Shown here in pieces: positions 56,001 to 64,000 of a stretch of DNA of 64,000 nt. The position numbers and the translations under genes are program-made. The stretch is from Eledone cirrhosa (taxonomy: Eukaryota): positions 31,496,001 to 31,560,000 of the forward strand of contig OZ024744.1 in NCBI GenBank assembly GCA_964016885.1, given 5' to 3'. The notes below the pieces were generated by a model. It had not been told where the DNA came from. It ran no database searches and saw nothing but the letters and a program-made list of their open reading frames with translations. Each line of letters starts with the position of its first letter. The first letter of the stretch is position 1.

Positions 56001-59000
56001 TCATGGCCAACTGAGACATTGGTAAACCCAGTACTAACTAATGTCCTCTGTCATGGCCAACTGAGCCGTTGGTAAACCCAGTACTATCTAATGTCCTATG
56101 TCATGACCAACTGAGACGTTGGTAAACCCAGTACTAACTAATGTCCTCTGTCATGGCCAACTGAGACATTCGTAAACCCAGTACTAACTAATGTCCTCTG
56201 TTATGGCCAACTGAGAGATTGGTAAACCCAGTACTAACTAATGTCCTATGTCATGACCAACTGAGACATTGGTAAACCCAGTACTAACTGATGTCCTATG
56301 TCATTGTGCCAACTGTGACGTTGGTAAACCCAGTACTAACTAATGTCCTCTGTCATGGCCAACTGAGACATTGGTAAACCCAGTACTAACTAATGTCCTA
56401 TGACATGGCCAACTGAGACGTTGGTAAATCCAGTACTAACTAATGTCCTCTCTCATGACCAACTGAGACGTTGGTAAACCCAGTACAAACTAATGTCCTA
56501 TGTCATGGCCAACTGACACGTAGGTAAACCCAGTACTAACTAATGTCCTCTGTCATGGCCAACTGAGACGTTGGTAAAACCAGTATTAACTAATGTCCTA
56601 TGTCATGGCCAACTGAGACATTGGTAAACCCAGTACTAACTAATGTCCTATGTCATCGCCAACTGAGACGTTGGTAAACCCAGTACTAACTAATGTCCTA
56701 TGTCATGACCAACTGAGACGTTGGTAAACCCAGTACTAACTAATGTCCTCTGTCATGGCCAAATGAGACGTTGGTAAACCCAGTACTAACTAATGTCCTA
56801 TGTCATGGCCAACTGAGACGTTGATAAACCCAGTACTAACTAATGTCCTATGTCATGACCAACTGAGACATTGGTAAACCCAGTACTAACTAATGTCCTC
56901 TGTCATTAACAACTGAGACGTAGGTAAACCCAGTACTAACTAATGTCCTCTGTCATGGCCAACTGAGACATTGGTAAACCCAGTACTAACTAATGTCCTC
57001 TGTCATGGCCAACCGAGACGGTGGTAAACCCAGTACTAACTAATGTCCTCTGACATGGCCAACGGAGACGTTGGTAAAACCAGTACTAACTAATGTCCTA
57101 TGTCATGACCAACTGAGACATTGGTAAACCCAGTACTAACTAATGTCCTATATCATGGCCAACTGAGACATTGGTAAACCCAGTACTATCTAATGTCCTA
57201 TGTCATGGCACACTGAGACGTTGGTAAACCCAGTACTAATTAATGTCCTCTCTCATGGCCAATTGAGACGTTGGTAAACCCAGTACTAACTAATGTCCTC
57301 TTTCATAGCCAACTGAGACGTAGGTAAACACAGTACTAACTAATGTCCTATGTCATGGCCAACTGAGACGTTGATAAACCCAGTACTAACAATGTCCTAT
57401 GTCATGCCCAACTGAGACATTGGTAAACCCAGTACTATCTAATGTCCTATGTCATGGCACACTGAGACGTTAGTAAACCCAGTACTAATTAATGTCCTCT
57501 CTCATGGCCAACTGAGACGTTGGTAAACCCAGTACTAACTAATGTCCTCTTTCATAGCCAACTGAGACGTAGGTAAACCCAGTACAAACTATTGTCCTCT
57601 GTCATGGCCAACTGAGACGTTGGTAAACCCAGTACTAACTAATGTCCTCTGTCATGGCCAACTGAGACGTTGGTAAACCCAGTACTAACTAATGTCCTCT
57701 GTCGTGGCCAACTGAGACGTTGGTAAACCCAGTACTAACTAATGTCCTATGTCATGGCCAACTGAGTCGTTGGTAAACCCAGTACTATCTAATGTCCTAT
57801 GTCATGACCAACTGAGACGTTGGTAAACCCAGTACTAACTAATGTCCTCTGTCATAGCCAACTGAGACGTAGGTAAACCCAGTACTAACTAATGTCCTCT
57901 GTCATGGCCAACTGAGACGTTGGTAAACCCAGTACTAACTAATGTACTCTGTCATAGCCAACTGAGATATTGCTAAACCCAGTGTTATCTAATGTCCTAT
58001 GTCATGACCAACTGAGACGTTGGTATACCCAGTACTAACGAATGTCCTCTGTCATGGCCAACTGAGACATTCGTAAACCCAGTATAAACTAATGACTTAT
58101 GTCATGGCCAACTGAGACGTTAGTAAACCCAGTACTAACTAATGTCCTATGTCATAGCCAACTGAGACGTTGGTAAATCCAGTACTAACTAATGTCCTCT
58201 CTCATGACCAACTGAGCCGTTGGTAAACACATTACTAACTAATGCTCTCCGTCATGGCCAACTGAGACGTAGGTAAACCCAGTACTAACTAATGTCCTCT
58301 GTCATGGCCAACTGAGACATTCGTAAACCCAGTACTAACTACTGTCCTATATCATGCCCAACTGAGACATTGGTAAACCCAGTACTAACTAATGTCCTAT
58401 GTCATGGCTAACTGAGACGTTGGTAAATCCAGTACTAACTAATGTCCTCGCTCATGACCAACTGAGACGTTGGTAAACCCAGTACTAACTAATATCCTAT
58501 GTCATGACCAACTGAGACGTTGGTAAACCCAGTACTAAATAATGTCATCTGTTATGGCCAACTGAGACATTCGTAAACTCATTACTAACTAATGTCCTCT
58601 GTCATGGCCAACTGAGAGATTGGTAAACCCAGTACTAACTCATGTCCTATGTCATGATCAACTGAGACATTGTAAACCCAGTATTAACTAATGTCCTATG
58701 TCATGGCCAACTGAGACGTTGGTAAACTAAGTACTAACTAATGTCCTCTGTCATGGCCAACTGAGACATTGGTAAACCCAGTACTAACTAATGTCCTATG
58801 TCATAACCAACTGAGATATTGGTAAACCCATTACTAACTAATCTCCTATGTCATGGCCAACTGAAACGTTTGGTAAATCCAGTACTAACTAATGTCCTCT
58901 CTCATGGCCAACTGAGACGTTGGTAAACCCAGTATTAACTTATGTCCTATGTCATGGCCAACTGAGACGATGGTAAACCCCGTACTAACTAATGTCCTCT

Positions 59001-62000
59001 CTCATGACCAACTGAGACGTTGGTAAACACATTACTAACTAATGTCCTCTTTCATAGCCAACTGAGAAGTAGGTAAACCCAGTACAAACTATTATCCTCT
59101 GTCATGGCCAACTGAGGCGTTGGTAAACCCAGTACTAACTAATGTCCTCTGTCATGGCCAACTGAGACATTCGTAAACCCAGTACTAACTAATGTCCTCT
59201 GTTATGGCCAACTGAGAGATTGGTAAACCCAGTACTAACTAATGTCCTATGTCATGACCAACTGAGACATTGGTAAACCCAGTACTAAGTAATGTCCTAT
59301 GTCATTGCCAACTGAAACGTTGGTAAACCCAGTACTAACTAATGTCCTCTGTCATGGCCAACTGAGACGTTGGTAAACCCAGTACTAACTAATGTCCTCT
59401 GTCATGGCCAACTGAGACGTTGGTAAACCCAGTACTAACTAATGTCCTATGTTATGGCCAACTGAGTCGTTGGTAAACCCAGTACTATCTAATGTCCTAT
59501 GTCATGACCAACTGAGACGTTGGTAAACCCAGTACTAACTAATGTCCTCTGTCATAGCCAACTGAGACGTAGGTAAACCCAGTACTAACTAATGTCCTCT
59601 GTCATGGCCAACTGAGACGTAGGTAAACCCAGTACTAACTAATGTACTCTGTCATGGCCAACTGAGATATTGCTAAACCCAGTGTTATCTAATGTCCTAT
59701 GTCATGACCACCTGAGACGTTGGTATACCCAGTACTAACGAATGTCCTCTGTCATGGCCAACTGAGACATTGGTAAACCCAGTATAAACTAATGACCTAT
59801 GTCATGGCCAACTGAGACGTTAGTAAACCCAGTACTAACTAATGTCCTATGTCATGGCCAACTGAGACGTTGGTAAATCCAGTACTAACTAATGTCCTCT
59901 CTCATGACCAACTGAGACGTTGGTAAACCCAGTACTAACTAATGTCCTCTGTCATAGCCAACTGAGACGTAGGTAAACCCAGTACTAACTAATGTCCTCT
60001 GTCATGGCCAACTGAGACGTTGGTAAACCCAGTACTAACTAATGTCCTCTGTCGTGGCCAACTGAGACGTTGGTAAACCCAGTACTAACTAATGTCCTAT
60101 GTCATGGCCAACTGAGTCGTTGGTAAACCCAGTACTATCTAATGTCCTATGTCATGACCAACTGAGACGTTGGTAAACCCAGTACTAACTAATGTCCTCT
60201 GTCATAGCCAACTGAGACGTAGGTAAACCCAGTACTAACTAATGTCCTCTGTCATGGCCAACTGAGACGTTGGTAAACCCAGTACTAACTAATGTACTCT
60301 GTCATAGCCAACTGAGATATTGCTAAACCCAGTGTTATCTAATGTCCTATGTCATGACCAACTGAGACGTTGGTATACCCAGTACTAACGAATGTCCTCT
60401 GTCATGGCCAACTGAGACATTCGTAAACCCAGTATAAACTAATGACCTATGTCATGGCCAACTGAGACGTTAGTAAACCCAGTACTAACTAATGTCCTAT
60501 GTCATGGCCAACTGAGACGTTGGTAAATCCAGTACTAACTAATGTCCTCTCTCATGACCAACTGAGCCGTTGGTAAACACATTACTAACTAATGCTCTCC
60601 GTCATGGCCAACTGAGACGTAGGTAAACCCAGTACTAACTAATGTCCTCTGTCATGGCCAACTGAGACATTCGTAAACCCAGTACTAACTACTGTCCTAT
60701 ATCATGCCCAACTGAGACATTGGTAAACCCAGTACTAACTAATGTCCTATGTCATGGCTAACTGAGACGTTGGTAAATCCAGTACTAACTAATGTCCTCG
60801 CTCATGACCAACTGAGACGTTGGTAAACCCAGTACTAACTAATATCCTATGTCATGACCAACTGAGACGTTGGTAAACCCAGTACTAAATAATGTCATCT
60901 GTTATGGCCAACTGAGACATTCGTAAACTCAGTACTAACTAATGTCCTCTGTCATGGCCAACTGAGAGATTGGTAAACCCAGTACTAACTCATGTCCTAT
61001 GTCATGATCAACTGAGACATTGTAAACCCAGTATTAACTAATGTCCTATGTCATGGCCAACTGAGACGTTGGTAAACTAAGTACTAACTAATGTCCTCTG
61101 TCATGGCCAACTGAGACATTGGTAAACCCAGTACTAACTAATGTCCTATGTCATAACCAACTGAGATATTGGTAAACCCATTACTAACTAATCTCCTATG
61201 TCATGGCCAACTGAAACGTTTGGTAAATCCAGTACTAACTAATGTCCTCTCTCATGGCCAACTGAGACGTTGGTAAACCCAGTATTAACTTATGTCCTAT
61301 GTCATGGCCAACTGAGACGATGGTAAACCCAGTACTAACTAATGTCCTCTCTCATGACCAACTGAGACGTTGGTAAACACATTACTAACTAATGTCCTCT
61401 TTCATAGCCAACTGAGAAGTAGGTAAACCCAGTACAAACTATTATCCTCTGTCATGGCCAACTGAGGCGTTGGTAAACCCAGTACTAACTAATGTCCTCT
61501 GTCATGGCCAACTGAGACATTCGTAAACCCAGTACTAACTAATGTCCTCTGTTATGGCCAACTGAGAGATTGGTAAACCCAGTACTAACTAATGTCCTAT
61601 GTCATGACCAACTGAGACATTGGTAAACCCAGTACTAAGTAATGTCCTATGTCATTGCCAACTGAAACGTTGGTAAACCCAGTACTAACTAATGTCCTCT
61701 GTCATGGCCAACTGAGACGTTGGTAAACCCAGTACTAACTAATGTCCTCTGTCATGGCCAACTGAGACGTTGGTAAACCCAGTACTAACTAATGTCCTAT
61801 GTTATGGCCAACTGAGTCGTTGGTAAACCCAGTACTATCTAATGTCCTATGTCATGACCAACTGAGACGTTGGTAAACCCAGTACTAACTAATGTCCTCT
61901 GTCATAGCCAACTGAGTCGTAGGTAAACCCAGTACTAACTAATGTCCTCTGTCATGGCCAACTGAGACGTAGGTAAACCCAGTACTAACTAATGTACTCG

Positions 62001-64000
62001 TTCATGGCCAACTGAGATATTGCTAAACCCAGTGTTATCTAATGTCCTATGTCATGACCACCTGAGACGTTGGTATACCCAGTACTAACGAATGTCCTCT
62101 GTCATGGCCAACTGAGACATTGGTAAACCCAGTATAAACTAATGACCTATGTCATGGCCAACTGAGACGTTAGTAAACCCAGTACTAACTAATGTCCTAT
62201 GTCATGGCCAACTGAGACGTTGGTAAATCCAGTACTAACTAATGTCCTCTCTCATGACCAACTGAGACGTTGGTAAACCCAGTACTAACTAATGTTCTCT
62301 GTCATGGCCAACTGAGACGTAGGTAAACCCAGTACTAACTAATGTCCTATGTCATGCCCAACTGAGACATTGGTAAACCCAGTACTAACTAATGTCCTAT
62401 GTCATGGCTAACTGAGACGTTGGTAAATCCAGTACTAACTAATGTCCTCTCTCATGACCAACTGAGACGTTGGTAAACCCAGTACTAACTAATGTCCTAT
62501 GTCATGACCAACTGAGACGTTGGTAAACCCAGTAGTAACTAATGTCCTCTGTTATGGCCAACTGAGACATTCGTAAACCCAGTACTAACTAATGTCCTCT
62601 GTCATGGCCAACTGAGACATTGGTAAATCCAGTACTAACTAATGTCCTCTCTCATGGCCAACTGAGACGTTGGTAAACCCAGTATTATCTAATGTCCTAT
62701 GTCATGGCCAACTGAGACGATGGTAAACCCAGTACTAAATAATGTCCTCTGTCATGGCCAACTGAGACATTGGTAAACCCAGTACTAACTAATGTCCTAT
62801 GTCATGGCCAACTGAGACATTGGTACACCCAGTACTTTCTAATGTCCTATGTCATGGCACACTGAGACGTTGGTAAACCCAGTACTAATTAATGTCCTCT
62901 CTCATGGCCAACTGAGACGTTGGTAAACCCAGTACTAACTAATGTCCTCTTTCATAGCCAACTGAGACGTAGGTAAACCCAGTACAAACCATTGTCCTCT
63001 GTCATGGCCAACTGAGACATTGGTAAACCCAGTACTAACTAATGTCCTATGTCATGGCCAACTGAGACATTGGTACACCCAGTACTTTCTAATGTCCTAT
63101 GTCATGGCACACTGAGACGTTGGTAAACCCAGTACTAACTAATGTCCTCTCTCATGGCCAACTGAGACGTTGGTAAACCCAGTACTAACTAATGTCCTCT
63201 TTCATGGCCAACTGAGTCGTTGGTAAACCCAGTACTAACTAATGTCCTCTGTTATTGCCAAATGAGAGATTGGTAAACCCAGTACTAACTAATGTCCTAT
63301 GTCATGACCAACTGAGACATTGGTAAACCCAGTACTAACTAATGTCCTCTCTCATGACCAACTGAGACGTTGGTAAAGCCAGTACAAACTAATGTTCTCT
63401 GTCATGGCCAACTGACACGTAGGTAAACCCAGTACTAACTAATGTCCTATGTCATCGCCAACTGAGACGTTGGTAAACCCAGTACTAACTAATGTCCTAT
63501 GTCATGACCAACTGAGACGTTGGTAAACCCAGTACTAACTAATGTCCTCTGTCATGGCCAACTTAGACGTAGGTAAACCCAGTACTAACTAATGTCCTCT
63601 GTCATGGCCAACTGAGACGTTGGTAAACCCAGTACTAACTAATGTCCTCTGTCATTAACAACTGAGACGTAGGTAAACCCAGTACTAACTAATGTCCTAT
63701 GTCATGGCCAACTGAGACGTTGGTAAACCCAGTATTAACTAATGTCCTATGTCATGACCAACTGAGACATTGGTAAACCCAGTACTAACTAATGTCCTAT
63801 GTCATGGCCAACTGAGACGTTGGTAAACTCAGTACTAACTAATGTCTTATGTCTTGGCCAACTGAGACATTGGTAAACCCAGTACTAACTAATGTCCTCT
63901 GTCATGGCCAACCGAGACGGTGGTAAACCCAGTACTAACTAATGTCCTCTGTCATGGACAACGGAGACGTTGGTAAACCCAGTACTAACTAATGTCCTAT
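50100..64000 (+). repeat. Long-range copy of ~20.5-32.1 kb (offset ~29.4-29.6 kb, rising to ~31.9 kb after an internal duplication)
   Basis: Six rare indels are colinear: 23830/53473 and 25398/55041 (29643); 26861/56304, 27941/57384, 29221/58664 and 29421/58864 (29443). atggacaacgg at 32061/63954. Confidence 0.92.
57640..62340 (+). repeat. Tandem duplication with 2350-bp period (47 monomers)
   Basis: gagacattgtaaa deletion allele 58664/61014; aaacgtttgg insertion allele 58864/61214; aatgctctcc 58241/60591. Confidence 0.92.

Larger units (their letters stand above)
1..64000. repeat. Tandem satellite array, 50-bp monomer, about 1,280 copies, extending beyond both window ends
   Basis: Unit aatgtcct(a/c)t-gtcatg(g/a)cca-actgagac(g/a)t-tggtaaaccc-agtactaact recurs every 50 bp from position 1 to 64000. 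Most copies differ from consensus by 0-3 substitutions. Phase shifts only at the inversion and at a few 1-2 bp indels. Confidence 0.99.

Noticed and set aside
1-64000. CRISPR array or other repeat-spacer system
   Set aside because: Monomers abut directly with no unique spacers; variation is scattered point change; no leader or cas genes.
1-64000. Repetitive protein-coding gene on either strand
   Set aside because: The 50-bp period is not a multiple of 3. The plus strand has TGA/TAA at monomer positions 23, 34, 46 and 50, and the minus strand has TAG/TGA at several positions, so every frame closes within about two monomers.
1-64000. Telomeric repeat (ttag / taaccc-like words)
   Set aside because: No tandem short G-rich units; the TAAACCC-like word occurs once per 50 bp within unrelated sequence.
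1-64000. tRNA, 5S or snRNA tandem gene cluster
   Set aside because: The unit is too short, with no cloverleaf or recognisable Pol III internal promoter.
1-64000. Fixed-period higher-order repeat like human alpha-satellite HORs
   Set aside because: Marker offsets vary (8, 11, 47, 57-64, 89, 107, ~169, ~590 monomers), showing irregular nested duplications rather than one repeating n-mer.
1-64000. Transcription-factor site arrays (TGTCA TALE-type, GTAAAC forkhead-like) and an information-bearing code in the dimorphic positions 9, 17 and 29
   Set aside because: Such short motifs arise by chance in any 50-mer, and the allele patterns are explained by duplication history. Nothing in the sequence supports function.
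1-64000. Assignment to a named satellite family or species
   Set aside because: I do not recognise the monomer with confidence; a BLASTN, Dfam or Repbase search with a dimer of the consensus is needed.

Overview
The whole 64-kb window is one non-coding tandem satellite array of about 1,280 copies of a 50-bp monomer, consensus AATGTCCT(A/C)TGTCATG(G/A)CCAACTGAGAC(G/A)TTGGTAAACCCAGTACTAACT (about 44-46% GC), running off both ends. Stop codons recur in all frames on both strands. I see no gene, RNA gene, transposon or CRISPR array, and I cannot name the satellite family or organism; the architecture looks like eukaryotic heterochromatic or centromeric satellite DNA (inference). The informative structure lies in the departures from consensus. 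(1) A single ~120-bp inversion at 1215-1336 creates a ~230-bp spacerless palindrome, with both junctions on microhomologies built into the monomer. (2) A 2-bp variant at 919-920 matches the inversion junction sequence. (3) Rare SNP and indel markers reveal nested duplications with offsets of 400, 550, 2350, ~2850-3200, 4449, 5346, ~8450 and ~29,500 bp, giving an A-B-A-B domain layout. (4) A length-neutral ~2-monomer replacement at ~54.05 kb looks like gene conversion. I found no evidence of a new protein-based system. All alignments were done by eye, so block boundaries are approximate (plus or minus one to a few monomers).
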